Shown one piece after another: positions 1-11,470 of a DNA stretch of 64,000 nucleotides. Within the stretch, counting starts at the first letter, position 1. Each line of letters begins with the position of its first letter. The position numbers and the translations under genes are program-made. Under the pieces are notes generated by a model. It ran no database searches. It saw only the letters and a list, made by a program, of their open reading frames with translations, and had not been told where the DNA came from. Origin of the DNA: Centroscyllium fabricii (taxonomy: Eukaryota); NCBI GenBank assembly GCA_051313645.2, contig JBNRSN020000001.1:571764001-571828000 (forward strand). Reading direction: 5' to 3'.

Positions 1-272
1 GACACGCCCACCAAGACCAACGAATCCGCCTCGGGAGTACTGCGGGGCACGGCCCCGCCCATCGGGTGACGGGATGATGTCACCGCGACTTCCGGCGTGA
101 TGACGTCACCGGGACTTCCGGTGGTGATGTCACCAACCGCGGGCCCTTTAAATATGCCCGTTCCAGGTGGCTCAGCCTCTTCGCTACCTGGCCCCTGCAG
201 AGTAACATAATAAATGAGTGTTATCCGATCTCACTGTCTCTAGCGTGGTTCTTCAGGCCTGCATGCACTACA
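1..272 (+). mobile_element. Gypsy family A LTR (3' LTR or solo LTR, clipped by window start)
   Basis: Similar to LTRs at 44899-45178 (GACACGCCCACCA..., TGACGTCA, TTTAAATA, AATAAA); ends ...GCACTACA at 272 and is followed by LINE sequence rather than a PBS. Confidence 0.85.
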
Positions 273-1274
273 CCGGAAGCAATAGTGAGGGACATGGTGT
301 GGGAAGAGGATCAGGAGGTAGAGGAAAAAGCAATAGGGATCATGTATGAGAAGATTGTGAATGCAATGCCACAGGATTGGATGGAAGAAATAAATGTGGA
401 AATCTCCAAAGGAAGTAAAATGCGTCCTGCTTTTCCAAGCTTTCTGTTGGAGAAAGGGAGAGAGTTGGTCCAATTTGATGACTGTAAAACTCGAGATTTC
501 TATGAGGTTTTTAGAGAATGGAGATTCAAGACACCTGCTGGTCAGGAGTTTTGGCAGGGTATATACCCACAGCTGGACTTAAACAGGATTTGGAAGGGAG
601 TGTGGGTGAATTTTAAATGTCCAGAGTGGATTGAACTGGATTTCAAATTGGCTCATAACCGGATTTTTACCATGACGGTCTTGTGCAAGATTGGGCGAGT
701 GGAAGGGGCAACTTACCCAGTGTGTGGAACACGGGATGAGACTGTCCCATTTACTGGTGTTATGTCCGCAGTTAAATGATTTTAAGCACTATGTTCAACA
801 GTTGTGTGAAGTTTATTTGCTGGGTGGGGACTGAAAAGAAAGAATGGGAATCCCGTGGGACTCAATTTTGAGATGGGGATTGCAGGAGAGTGTGCCTGAG
901 TCCAGCAGAGCGGCAATTAATTTAATGTTCTGTTTAGCTAGATTTTTGACTGTGCAAAGAAGGAATGCTCTGTTTTTTAAGGGGAGGAAAATTAATCTGA
1001 AAGATTATTTTAAATATAAGCTAAAAGATCATTATAAGGCTCTGTGGATGTTTTATTCAGAAAGGAATTTAAAGATGGTGTTTTACAATCAATTTTTAAA
1101 GTATAATTGATTAATATATGTTACAGGAGACAAATTAAGCTTCAGGTTTTGATGTTAAAATGTGGTGGCGGAATGGCGGTGCAGAACGGTGGAATGGAAT
1201 TCTATGATACAATGAAATGATCACGATGTTGTAAATGTTGTTAATGTTCAATAAAGTATATTAATTTTTAAAAA
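273..1274 (+). mobile_element. Tx1/L1-clade LINE, 3' end of ORF2 (zf-RVT-like C-terminus) plus 3' UTR, degraded
   Basis: ORFs 285-779 and 844-1110 read IWKGVW...DFKLAHNRIFT...PVCGTRDETV, typical of the L1/Tx1 ORF2 C-terminal Zn-binding region; AATAAA near 1249 and short A tail. Confidence 0.7.
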
Positions 1275-1668
1275 GTGGGTAGCACTTTTGCCTACTGAGT
1301 CAGAAGGTTGTGGGTTCAAATCCTACCTGAGAGATTTGGGCACAAAATCTAAACTGTTGGAGTTGCTGTCTTTTGAATGATACATAAAACCGAGGCCTTG
1401 TGTGCCCCTTCCGGTGGACATAAAGGATTCCCTGGAACTATCTTGAAGAAGAACATGGGAATTTTTCCTGGCCGATATTTATCCCTCAACCAACCTCCTG
1501 GAAACAGATAATCTGGACATTTTATCACATTGCTGCTTGTGAGAGCTTGCTGTGCGCAAATTGGCTCCTGTGTTTCTGACAATACTACGGTGACTACACG
1601 TCTAAAGTACTTCATTGGCTGTAAAGCTTTTTGGGATGTTGTGAAAAGTGTTATATAAATACAAGTTT
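1275..1668 (+). mobile_element. tRNA-derived DeuSINE (SacSINE1-like), 5'-clipped with internal deletion
   Basis: GTGGGTAGCAC...GAGTCAGAAGGTTGTGGGTTCAAATCC head, Deu-like core, L2-like tail TATATAAATACAAGT; multiple copies in window. Confidence 0.8.
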
Positions 1669-1765
1669 GTTCTTTTTTCTTATTGTGCACTCTCTCTAAT
1701 CTTTGATCGCTCGGTAGTTCATTGGCGACAAACTCAAGCTTTCTCTGCTCCTGTTTGTCGAACAG

Positions 1766-1824
1766 AAATGTTGCAAGTTCATGCTCTCCAAATGGAGTAT
1801 GTATCAAGAAATTCAGGCACGGAG
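1766..1824 (+). CDS. Candidate 59-bp internal exon of an unidentified host gene
   Basis: Pyrimidine tract TTTCTCTGCTCCTGTTTGTCGAACAG acceptor and GAG|GTGAGT donor; no stop in any frame; product not recognised. Confidence 0.35.
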
Positions 1825-2227
1825 GTGAGTGGGCCCCACAGCATTTTCCACTTCAATTCCGATTTCTTTCCAATTTATTATTTTTTACAACCATGCCCTT
1901 GCCCTTATTAATTCTCTTTATTGAATGCACATGGGATGAGCTGCAGATGCTAAAGCAAAATCAAATTTCACTGCTTGCCTGATCACTTCTAACTTCACTG
2001 TTGTGGAACGCAAATTGGTTCTCAGAATTGGATTCTGGGAAAAGGATTGCAAGAAAAAAAATGGAAACAAAGCGATCCACTCTACTAGTGCATAACCTGC
2101 ATTCCTCCAATCTGGCCTCTCGTTCATCCTCCACTTCCTTCACTCCAATATTGGCAGCCATGTCTTCAGCTGCCTAGGCCCTAATCTCTTGAATTCCCTC
2201 ACTAATGCTCTCCGCTTCACTCTCCTC

Positions 2228-2690
2228 TGTGTCAGCCATGGATCAGTGGGTAGCGCTCTCACCTCTGAGGCAGAAGGCTGTGGGTGCAAGTCCCACGTCA
2301 GAGACTTGAGCACAAAATCTAGGCTGACACTCCAGTGCAATGCTGGGAGAATGCTGCACTGTCGGAGGTGCCGTCCTTCAGATGAGACGTTAAACCAAGA
2401 CCCCATCTGCCCTCTCAGGTGGAAGCCAAAGATCCCATGGCACTATTTTGAAGAAGAGTAGGGGAGTTCTCCCCGGTGTACTGGCCAATATTTATCCGTT
2501 AACCAACCCCACAATAAACAGATTATATGGTCACTATCACATTGTTGTTTGTGGGACCTTGCTGTGCACAAATTGGCTATCACGTTTCCAACATTATAAC
2601 AGTAACCACACTTCTAAAGTATTTCATTGGCTGTAAAGCGCTTTGGGACATTCTGACGTCATGGAAGGTGCTTTATAAATGTAAGTCCTT
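2228..2690 (+). mobile_element. Full-length DeuSINE (SacSINE1-like) inserted in an L2 3' fragment
   Basis: tRNA-like head with A/B boxes, core TGTCGGAGGTGCCGTC..GATGAGACGTTAAACC, tail; flanked by L2-like 3' sequence at ~2080-2225 and 2700-2845. Confidence 0.85.
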
Positions 2691-3879
2691 CTGTCTTTAA
2701 GTAGGTCCTTAAGACCTACCTCTTTCACCTGTCCTGATGGTTCCTTCTTTAGCTCGGTGTCAAATTGTTTGATAACGCTCCTGTGAAGCACTTTGGGGCG
2801 TTTTACTGCATCAAAGGTGCGATATAAATGCTAGTTGTTGAAGTCAGTTGTTTACGTAGTAGAAGTTGATCCAGCAGGTTAAGGGTTAAGCTTCTGTCCG
2901 TGAAGCAGGGTGGTTGCAGCTGAAACCACAGCACCCCGCCATCAGTTGACTGCAACAAAAATGACTGCTGTTGTTTATGTAACGATGGATAATAACATGC
3001 ATCCGGCCTCATTGTAAAGAAAGGCCTCGTCATGGAAATTCATCCTCCCGCTATGTGAAGAGGATTGCAGTGCGAATCGGGCTTCATTTAAACTGGGAGA
3101 ATGTCGGTCTCTCCGAGTCTGGAGAAGCCTTGCAACTGTTTCCTGTGCATTATACATCTTGGGAATGAGGCAGTGGAAGTGCTCACACCGAGAATGTTCA
3201 AAGAATAATGAATAATAAAGATTTTGGCAACTGCAATTTTTCCCCCCCAGGCTGCCAGAGGTTGTCAATTGTTAGCAATTCAATGCTGAAGGAGTTCCAT
3301 TCTCTAAAGACTTGTAACCGGGAGGGAAGGGGTGGGAAAGAGAAAGTAATATTTAAAGCCATTTTTTTTCCCCTTCGTACTCAGATGGATCATTTGTCTC
3401 CCAGTCCTCTTGGAACTTTCCAGCAGGAAGGTGGGGAGGGAATAGACAATTGATCCAGCCCGGTTGTTATATTATTTATGTGTTTGTTCTGCTTATCAGG
3501 ATCTGAATAAAGAAAGGTCAGGGAAGAGCAGGAATTAAGAGTGCTGCAGCTGATATTAAAAGGGAATCGGGCGATAATTAAAAGTAACTTTGTGCAAACA
3601 TTAGCATAATGGTTTCAGTCACGTGACATGAGTGAAACTGCACGAGTACAATATTAAACCAAAGTAATGAAAATGAAAAATGTATGAGAAACTTATTTTA
3701 ATTCTGCACAGTTATTTTCCTGGTAAATTATTCAAAAGTATGACAAATACCGATAGGTGGGATACATAGATTTGCATGTAACGCCTGTTAAGTTAACCCT
3801 GAAACCTCTTTGTTCGCTCCTTTTCATATTATGCAAATTTCATTATTACTTTAAGTGGATTAACATTTATTTAATACCA

Positions 3880-4095
3880 AAAACAACTTGCATTTATATA
3901 GTGCCTTTAACATAGTAAAACGTCCCAAGGCGCATCACAGGAGTGATTATCAAACAAAATTTGACACCAAGCCACACAAGGAGATACTAGAACAGGTGAC
4001 CAAAGGCTTGGTCAAAGAGGTGGGTTTTAAGGGCCGTCTGAAAGGGGGAGAGAGAGGCATGAGGTTTAGGGAGGGAATTCCAGAGCTTAGGGCTC
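3880..4095 (-). mobile_element. L2-type LINE 3' end fragment
   Basis: Reverse complement of the ...AAGGCACTATATAAATGCAAGTTGTT tail shared with the SINEs and L2 fragments in the window. Confidence 0.6.
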
Positions 4096-4522
4096 GGGGT
4101 CAAATAGGACGCCACGATTGCAAACAGTCTGGTTTTAAATCAAAATATTGTGATTTGCAATACTACAGGCGACAGTGTCTTTTTTTTAAGGAGATATTTT
4201 ATTTATGTACATGTACTCCTTTATAGTTCCCAATCTCAGCATGAAAATTCTTCTTGTTGACCTATATTATGTCAAGGGCTCTCATCTCACACTGCTCAAA
4301 GGCTGCGTTCTGACATTGACCACTTCTGTGGGCCCACCGTAACAAATTCTATTCATTCCGAGGCTGACTATGAAATATACATGAGCTTTGGATCTATAAT
4401 TTCAGCTTCGGTGTAAGATAAGTAAAAGTAGCAAAATTAAAAGCCTCGCAGTGACACTTCTTGCGTGTTATTAAGATTGGGGACACAGTAGTTGCCGTTT
4501 CACAGGAGCAAAGCAAGTCAAT

Positions 4523-4541
4523 TACTGACATCTAGTGGCCA
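4523..4541 (-). promoter_or_regulatory. Candidate CTCF site
   Basis: Minus strand TGGCCACTAGATGTCAGTA is close to the CTCF core consensus; lies in non-repetitive DNA. Confidence 0.35.
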
Positions 4542-4754
4542 AACATTTGACAAGTGATGAATGAAGCAACTTTATTTTGAGATTCATCAGAGGATATTCT
4601 GGCCAGGGTTTTCGAAGGGGAGCATCCGACTAAAACATTTTTAACGTTTTGTTTAAATGCAATTCTTTAATCATTGAAACAGTTTGTGAAACCCCACAGT
4701 ATTCAGTTGGTAGACGGAACAAATTAAATATACTTACACATAGTGCGAGAGCAC

Positions 4755-5090
4755 TGGCTCAGTGGTAGCACCCTTGCCTCTGAGTCAGAAGTTTGTGGGA
4801 TCACGATCCACTCCAGAGATCTTGGGCATAAAATATAGGATGACACTCCAATGCAGTACTGGGGGGGAAGCCGTATTGGCTTTCGGATGAAATGTTTAAA
4901 CCGAGGCCCTATCCGCCCTCTCAGGTGGAAATAAAAGATCCCATGGCACTATTTTGAACAAGAGTAAGGGAGTTCGCCCCAGTCAGTCTTTATCCCTCAA
5001 CCCACATCTAAAAACAGATGATCTGATCACTATCACATTGCAGGTTGTGTAATCTTGCTGTGCGCAGATTGGCAGCCGCATTTCCTGCAT
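4755..5090 (+). mobile_element. DeuSINE (SacSINE1-like), 3'-truncated
   Basis: TGGCTCAGTGGTAGC..CCTCTGAGTCAGAAG head and Deu core. Confidence 0.8.
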
Positions 5091-7359
5091 TAAAAGCAGA
5101 AATTCAATCGCTGGTGTCAGACCTCCTGATTCATGGTGTGTGTGGCGGTACGCCGACTGACGAATCCACCTCGGGAGTTCTGCAGGGCATAGCCCCGCCC
5201 ACCGGGTGACGCGATGACGTCACCACGTCTCTCGGCGTGATGAGGTCACTAAGCGGGTAGTTTAAATAAGCCTGTTCCTCGTGGTTCAGTCTCTTTCTTG
5301 CTATGTAGTTGTTAATTAAACAAGTGTTATCTGTCTCTCCGGCTCCTGTGTGGTTCTTGGGTCCTGTAAGCGCTACAGTGGTGACCCCGACTTGGAACGT
5401 CTTCCAAGGAGAAAACAGCAGCTACAGGACTGAAAACCAAGCAGCCTCAGAACACTTCCAAAAACAACATGTCTTCAAGAAACCAAGCTTCTCGATCACA
5501 AGGACTTGGCCAGAACCCCGGGCACAGACTAACTCTACCGGAGTTCTGGGAGCAACGCCCGGCAGCGTGGTTTATGTGTATAGAGACCAGCTGCCGCACA
5601 CATGGCATCCAGGGGGATGACCGCTACGACCTGGTCTTCTTGGCCCTACCGCAATCTACGATAGATCGGATGTGGTCGAAGCTTCAGCGCGTGCCCGCAG
5701 CAGGCAGGTATGAGTTCCTCAAGGCCGCGCTACTTAAAAAATTCACCCCCTCCCAGTTCGAGCGCGACTGCCAACTCCTTAACCTCCCCGAACTCGGGGA
5801 CGCAGACCCATCGGACCTTTGGGGCCAAATGCAAGCGCTCACCGCCGAATCCGCCTCCCTGATCCGCACCATATTCCTCCTTAAACTGCCCCGCTCCATC
5901 AGACCGACCCTGGCAGCCTTCTGCCACCGGAGCGGGGACAAGCTAGCCGAGGAAGCCGACAGGCTCATGGCGGCCAAGCGCACCCGCTCCGCCACGTGCG
6001 ACCTCACTGCCGCGGCAGTCGAGCACAACCACTCGCCCCCCAGGTCCAACCCAACGCCTGAACCCAGGCCCCCGCGCCCTCCCAAGCTACCGCGTCCATC
6101 AAGCTACTACCACACGCGGTTCGACACCAAAGCGCACCGCTGCGTCCAGCCCTGCACATTCAAGCCACGGCCCGGCCCAGCCCCCACTATGTCTGTAGGA
6201 CACACCGGAGCACTGCTCTACGTCACAGACAGCGGCACAGGCCTCCGGTTCCTCTGCGACACAGGCGCACAGCACAGCATCGTGCCAGCCTCCCCCGCAG
6301 AAGCCAAAAAAGGCACCGGGGCCCGCCACTCGCAGCGGCCAACGGCTCGGATATCAAAACGTACGGCACCCGCAAGCTCACAATCCAGCTTGCCGGCCAC
6401 ACGTACCACTGGGAGTTTGTTACGGCCCAGGTCACTTCACCCCTCCTCGGGGCAGATTTCCTCTGCGCCCACGGCCTCCTGGTCGACATTCACAATATGT
6501 CGACCATCCCATGCTCCACAGGGCCCGCACTCCTGGCCCACGCGGCGGCACAATGCCACGCCCGGAACTCTGACGCGTACGGCACGCTCCTCGCTGAGTT
6601 CCCAGCCCTTACCAATCCCACCTTCACCGCCCGCACGGCCAAACACGGGGTGGAACACTTTATCACCACCACCGGCCCTCCCGTGCATGCCCACGCCCGC
6701 AGGCTGGACCCGGCCAAGCTGGAGATTGCGCGCACCGAGTTCCGCACTATGGAGCAACTCGGCATAATCCGCCACTCCAACAGCCCCTGGGCCTCTCCCC
6801 TCCACATCGCCCCCAAGCCGGGCGGGGGTTGGCGCCCCTGCGGCGACTACCGCCGCCTCAACAACGCCACCACCCCGGATAGGTACCCCATACCCCACAT
6901 CCAGGATTTCTCCGCCAGGCTAGCGGGCTGCACGATCTTCTCCAAGATCGACCTGGTGCGTGGCTACCACCAGGTCCCGGTGCACCCGGCGGATGTCCCT
7001 AAGACAGCCGTAATTACCCCCTTCGGCCTGTTCGAGTTCCTCAGGATGCCCTTTGGACTCAAAAACGCGGCCCAGGCCTTTCAGCGCCTAATTGACTCGG
7101 TCCTACGGGACTTGCAGTTCATTTTCGTCTACTTAGACGACATCCTCGTGGCCAGCACCTCCCCCCAGGAGCACCTCCTGCATCTCAGGACCCTGTTCCA
7201 GCGCCTGACCGAACACGGCCTCATATTAAGCCCCTCTAAATGCAAATTCGGCCTAGAAATCATAGACTTCCTCGGCCACCGCATTTCCAAAACCGGGGCC
7301 ATACCCCTGCCCTCCAAAGTGCAGGCAGTTCAGGAATTACCCCGCCCGCACTCCATTAA

Positions 7360-8023
7360 AGCCCCGCTTTCACTGAGGCTACGAATATCACGATATCCCG
7401 AATCGTCCCGAATCGAAATTCGTGGAGATTCGGCAAAAAATGAGAAATTTCGTGGAGATTCGGGAATTATTCGTGGCTAATCGGCTTGAAAGATATGCCG
7501 AATGTCAAGAATGGTTTAAGAAACAAGTACGAATTCAAAGAATCAGGTAAGAATTTAACAAATAAGGTACGACTCACTTACGAATGTGCCGAATTATTGT
7601 ACGAACCCACTACGACCGATTCGTACTTGATTCGTAATACATTCTGGACATTCGTGCCTGTTTCGTGATGTATTCGGCGTGGGTCCACGAATTTGAGGGA
7701 GTCACGAATGCCCAAGAATAGGCCAGAATGCAGAAGAAGCGATTACGAAGCGGTTACAGACGATAAGAAAGGTTCACGAAGTGTTTACGATGCATGTACG
7801 AATTTGAAATTCGTGAACCCTCCCACGAAAGTTTTTGACAAGCAAAAACTTTCGTGCCGGATCGACGAACTCACGCGAACTGTACGAATGTTTAGGAATC
7901 AACTAAGAATCAACTAAGAATCATTTAAGAACTGCAAGAAACGTTTGAGAATTATCTACGAACCGGACAAATTTCAGATTCGGGACGATTCGGGATATTC
8001 GTAGCCTCAGTGAAAGCGGGGCT
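7360..8023 (+). mobile_element. Non-autonomous PIF/Harbinger-like MITE, copy 1
   Basis: TIR AGCCCCGCTTTCACTGAGGCTACGAAT...ATTCGTAGCCTCAGTGAAAGCGGGGCT, flanked by TAA/TAA; many ACGAAT/ATTCGT motifs. Confidence 0.85.
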
Positions 8024-8026
8024 TAA

Positions 8027-8712
8027 TGCCCCGCTTTCACTGGAGGCTACGAATTGCCGAATCGTCCCGAATCTGAAATTTTTCAAATTCGTAGATAATT
8101 CTTGCAATTCGTAAACGATTCGTAGTTGATTCGTAGTTGATTCGTAGACATTCGTACAGTTCGCGTGAGTTCGCATGATTTCGTTAATTTGGCAAGAAAG
8201 TTTTTGCTTGTCAAAAACTTTCTTGGGAGGGTTAACGAATGTCCAATTCGTGAATGATTCGTAAACAATTCGTGAACCTTTCTTATCGTTCGTAACCCTT
8301 TCTTATCGTTCGTAACCGATTCGTAATCGCTTCTTCTGCATTCTGGCCTATTCTTGTGCCCTCAAATTCGTGGACCCACGCCGAATACATCACGAAACAG
8401 GCACGAATGTCCACGAATCAAGTACGAATCAAGTACGAATCGGTCGTAGTGGATTCGTACAGTAATTCGGCACATTCGTAAGTGAGTCGTACCTTATTCG
8501 TTAAATTCTTACCTGATTCTTTGAATTCGTACTTGTTTCTTAAACCATTCTTGACATTCGGCATGAATAATTCGTAGTCAATTCGTACCAGATTCGTAGC
8601 TCTTCCCGAATCCACCACGAATTTTCAAATTTTTTTGCCGAATCGCCACGAAATTCGATTCGGGACGATTCGGGATATCGTGATATTCGTAGCCCTCAGT
8701 GAAAGCGGGGCT
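8027..8712 (-). mobile_element. Non-autonomous PIF/Harbinger-like MITE, copy 2 (inverted, diverged)
   Basis: Same TIRs; internal sequence is the reverse complement of copy 1 with substitutions and indels; flanks TAA/TTA. Confidence 0.85.
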
Positions 8713-11149
8713 TTAGGGCCTGCAGGAGTTCCTTGGGATGGTGAACTTCTATAACCACTTCATCCCAGGTGCAGCCGCTCTCATGGCTCCCCTATACCAG
8801 GCCACACGCGGGCAGTCCGGCAAAACTGCGGTCGAGTGGACGGCCGACGCCGCCACAGCCTTTACCGCAACCAAGACCGCCCTGGCCAACGCCACCCTCC
8901 TAGCCCACCCCAGGCCCAACGCCAGAGTGGCCCTCACCACCGATGCCTCCGACCACGCTGTCGAAGCCGTTTTCGAACAGTGGACGGGCAACTCCTGGCA
9001 GCCCCTGGCCTTTTTCAGCCAGCAACTACGGCCCCCGGAGGTTAAGTACAGCGCCTTCGACAGGGAGCTCCTCGCTCTCTACCTCGCGGTGCGCCATTTT
9101 CGCTTCCTCCTGGAGGGCCGTCCCTTCACAGCTTTCGTCGATCATAAGCCGCTCATTTTTGCAATGGCTAAGATCGCCGAACCCTGGTCGGCCAGGCAGC
9201 AGCGCCAACTCGCAGCCATGTCGGAGTTCACTACCGACATCCAACACATCTCCGGCCGCGACAACGTGGTTGCTGACTGCCTGTCACATCCCACAATTAA
9301 CGCCGCCCAAATGGCGGTCGACTACGCCAAGCTGGCAGCAGACCAGCTGGCAGACCCAGACCTGCTCGACCCAGCAGAAAACCTCCCTGGCCTACGCTTG
9401 GCCAACATCGCACATGGCCCCGCGGCCACCGTAGTCTGCTGCGACGTATCATTACCGCAGCCCAGACCCGTCGTCCCCCACGCATGGAGGCGGCGCATTT
9501 TCGAGACCCTCCATGGCCTGTCCCACCCCGGCTCCCGCGCCTCCATTAAACTTATTTTGGCCCGTTTTGTGTGGCGCGGCCTACGCAAAGACGTCCGCGC
9601 CTGGACCAACGCCTGCATCGCCTGCCAGCGCGCCAAGGTGCACAAGCACATCAAGGCCCCGCTGGAAACATTTACCATGCCGGCCAGACGCTTCGACCAC
9701 GTCCATGTCGATCTCGTCGGACCACTACCGCCATCCCGGGGCCACACACACGTCATGACCATGGTCGACCGCAACACTCGCTGGCCAGAAGCAGTCCCCC
9801 TGGTTGCTACCAACACCACGGACTTGGCCAGGGCGTTCATCGCCACTTGGGTCGCCCGTTTCGGCGTGCCCACCGACATCACGTCGGACAGAGGTCCCCA
9901 ATTTACGTCGGCACTATGGGTGGCCATCGCCCGTGACCTCGGGGTGACCCTGCATCGAACCACCGCATGCCACCCACAAGCTAACGGGCTCTGCGAAAGG
10001 TTCCACCGCTCCATGAAAGCATCCCTGCGGGCCAGCCTCAAAGACGCATCATGGACTGACCGTCTTCCGTGGGTACTGCTCGGACTACGCTCGGCGGCCA
10101 AAGAAGATCTACACGCCTCAGCAGCGGAACTCGTCTACGGCCAGACTTTAAGAGTGCCGGGCGAGTTCCTCGCCAAATCAAACGCTCCCTGGTCGGCCGA
10201 CCAGTTCCTCAAGGACTTCGCCAACCCGGCACGAGCATTCACACCCTTACTGGTGGCCCGGCACGGAGAGCCGGCGGCACGTGTACCGGACAGCATCAAG
10301 CACGCAAAGTACGTGTTTGTCCGGCACGACGCCCATCGCTCACCACTACGGCCACCTTATGACGGCCCCTACAGTGTGCTCCGGGCCCCTGCAGCTGGGC
10401 AATCAGACAGAAACTGTCTCTATCGACCGGCTAAAACCGGCACATGTTATAGCGGGCGACGCGACAGTCCCCGCCCAACCACCTCAACGCGGACGCCCTC
10501 CCGCACCAACACCCGCCCACACTCCACCGCAGAACCAGGAGCAACGCACGACATGTGCCGGCCGCATCTTATGGCCACCACAACGCCTCACATAGACTCT
10601 TTCTCCTCTCGAACGGATTCTGGGGGGAGCTGTGTGGCGGTACGCCGACTGACGAATCCGCCTCGGGAGTTCTGCAGGGTATAGCCCCGCCCACTGGGTG
10701 ACGCGATGATGTCACCACGTCTCTCGGCGTGATGAGGTCACTAAGCGGGTAGTTTAAATAAGCCTGCTCCTCGTGGTTCAGTCTCTTTCTTGCTATGTAG
10801 TGTAATTAAACAAGTGTTATCTGTCTCTCCGGCTCCTGTGTGGTTCTTGGGTCCTGCAAGCGCTACATGTGCATGATTTGCCACCCATTAAAGCCTTACT
10901 TACAACCTTTTCCAGGAGCCAATGTAGGTCAGTGAGCACAGGGGTGAGGGTTGATGACTGAACGTGTCTTAGTGCAAGTTAGGATACAGGCTGCAGAGTT
11001 TTGGATGAGCTGAAGTTTCCTGTAATCGTCCTGCTCCAGACAGGTTCACACAAATCCTCCAGCTCCTAGTTCAGGCAGGTCCAGCCCTGGGCTGGCTCCC
11101 AGTTTGTGTAGATGAGCAAAGCCTCTGGACCAGGTTGTCGGCTCATGCG

Positions 11150-11470
11150 GTGAACATTGATCCACCAAATTCCTTCAAGTCAGAGATGGACCTATCTCTG
11201 GATGAGATGGAGATCACCTCGTACAAGAGGTAGGTACCTGGTAACATTAACCAGGGCCGGAGTGGTCTCCTGGACTAGCTTTGGTCACCTAGGAGGGGTC
11301 GGAGAGGAAATTTCCAGCTTTTTTCCCCAAATTGGACTGGGTTATTATCTGGGGTTTCGCCTCTCCCAGGAGATCACATGGCCTCCGGGTAGGATGGGGA
11401 GTGTATATATTGTGATGCACAAGGCATTGCCGTTGTGTGGGACAGGCTGTCCATCATTGTTCGTATGTTC
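11150..11470 (+). mobile_element. CR1-like LINE 3' end fragment
   Basis: TTCAAGTCAGAGATGGAC... ORF2-end-like sequence and TGTTCGTATGTTC tail. Confidence 0.5.

Larger units (their letters stand above)
5469..10590 (+). pseudogene. gag-pol: gag-pol of A1 (PR, RT, RNase H, IN), frameshifted and split by a MITE pair
   Basis: LCDTGA protease, YLDD RT, TDASD RNase H, HHCC plus DLVGP/SDRG integrase, GPY; frameshifts near 6320 and 10390; insertion at 7360-8712. Confidence 0.9.
5141..10867 (+). mobile_element. Gypsy LTR retrotransposon A1 (CsRn1-like), full length but disrupted
   Basis: LTRs 5141-5377 and 10633-10867 (TG...CA), TSD TGTG, PBS TGGTGACCCCGAC (tRNA-Trp) at 5379, PPT GGGGGGAG at 10622. 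Confidence 0.95.

Noticed and set aside
1918-2034. Minus-strand terminal exon candidate (NPILRTNL...MCIQ*, AATAAA at the stop)
   Set aside because: An acceptor-like tract exists, but the peptide is unrecognised and the upstream flank is L2-derived; too weak to call.
2228-2300. tRNA genes at SINE heads
   Set aside because: A/B-box-like heads continue into the Deu core; these are SINEs and lack a complete cloverleaf.
2975-3268. 97-aa minus-strand ORF in unique DNA
   Set aside because: No recognisable domain or convincing splice sites.
7360-8712. Repeated ACGAAT motifs as a CRISPR array or bacterial contamination
   Set aside because: No constant repeat-spacer periodicity; TIRs and TWA flanks show MITEs cleanly inserted in a Gypsy ORF.
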